Virus record (IMG/VR): IMGVR_UViG_3300045747_000527
Coordinates: 32,001 to 96,000 of that record
DNA length: 64,000 bases
Source of the DNA: a virus
Direction: 5' to 3' (one strand)
The notes under the pieces were generated by a model. The model ran no database searches. It was not told where the DNA came from and was given only the letters and a program-made list of their open reading frames with translations. A program made the position numbers and the translations under genes. This document shows positions 63,366 to 64,000 of this stretch, one piece after another; positions within the stretch are counted from its first letter, which is position 1; each line of letters starts with the position of its first letter.

Positions 63366-64000
63366 GTGACTGTAATTGTGATCGGCTGACCTGTGATAGG
63401 CTGGTACGGAATCTTCACGAGGCTCCCATCTGTCCGCGACACACGCAGCTGCGTCGTGCCAGGACTTATGCCCACCAAGAACACCTGCGTAGCGGAAGTG
63501 CTGACCCCAGCAATGCTCGGGTCGTCCACGGAGTAGACAACGTCGCTGACCGCAGACCCTGTCAGAATACTACCGTCCGAAGCAGCCACCACTGGCGTCA
63601 GGACTGCCTGCTCTAGAGGAGCCACTGTAACTGAAGGTGCCCCAAAGGCTACTGAAGCTACCACGGGGAACAGCAGATCTGGAAGATTGGCTGAGTTCAG
63701 GTTCGGTACCTTAACTATCCTCGGGAAAGTGATGCCGCTCGTACCCTCCAAATCCTCCTTCGCCTCCACCCCAGGAACCCAGGCTGTGTAGATACCGTTC
63801 CTGTACAGATCAATCTCTATGTACCCACTTTGATCAGTAGTCGCGCTGGCCTCACTGCTCATGACGGCGTTGCTGTCCACCACCACGGGAGAAAAGGTAT
63901 TGATGAAACTGACGGTAAGCCCTGGCAACGGCCGCCCAGAGATATCCAGAAAGAAACCGCTGCAGCGGCACAGCCGCGGGTTCGTAGCGGTAGGCCGGGT
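63362..64000 (-). CDS. Ig-like (Big2) domain structural protein, 5' end outside the window
   Basis: Frame open from base 64000 (TRPTATNPRLCRCSGFFLD...); YSVDDPSIAGV...GISPGTTQL. Confidence 0.65.
   Translation of the reverse strand, partial: TRPTATNPRLCRCSGFFLDISGRPLPGLTVSFINTFSPVVVDSNAVMSSEASATTDQSGYIEIDLYRNGIYTAWVPGVEAKEDLEGTSGITFPRIVKVPNLNSANLPDLLFPVVASVAFGAPSVTVAPLEQAVLTPVVAASDGSILTGSAVSDVVYSVDDPSIAGVSTSATQVFLVGISPGTTQLRVSRTDGSLVKIPYQPITGQPITITVT

Overview
Segment of a large, fairly GC-rich contractile-tailed dsDNA bacteriophage genome. A Myxococcota-type host is suggested, but only by one lipoprotein gene. The minus strand carries virion genes: terminase large subunit, portal, gp5-like spike, baseplate J, wedge and gp25-like proteins, a beta-helical fibre, and a family of proteins that share a K-x-A motif. 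The plus strand carries a ~19-kb replication/recombination operon (22.7-41.6 kb): SF2 helicase with an HNH intein, UDG, DnaB-like helicase, primase, SSB, family A polymerase split by a group I intron, HU, RecA, Cas4-like nuclease and RusA. Several small plus-strand islands interrupt the structural operon. Main observations: (1) a 2059-aa single-chain beta-beta' RNA polymerase, bacterial-like but streamlined, sitting among the virion genes; (2) a six-copy non-canonical promoter motif, SAAA-N~16-GGTATAAG, in front of nearly every plus-strand unit, while two structural units have sigma70-like promoters; (3) two ~50-bp palindromic sites 52 kb apart whose identical 7-bp asymmetric cores are inverted, as in site-specific recombination sites; (4) a recurrent K-x-A motif in putative internal virion proteins, one of which carries a pyrophosphatase-like domain. 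No major capsid, sheath, sigma factor, alpha subunit, recombinase, tRNA or CRISPR array was recognised. All annotations come from motif recognition by eye; no database searches were run.
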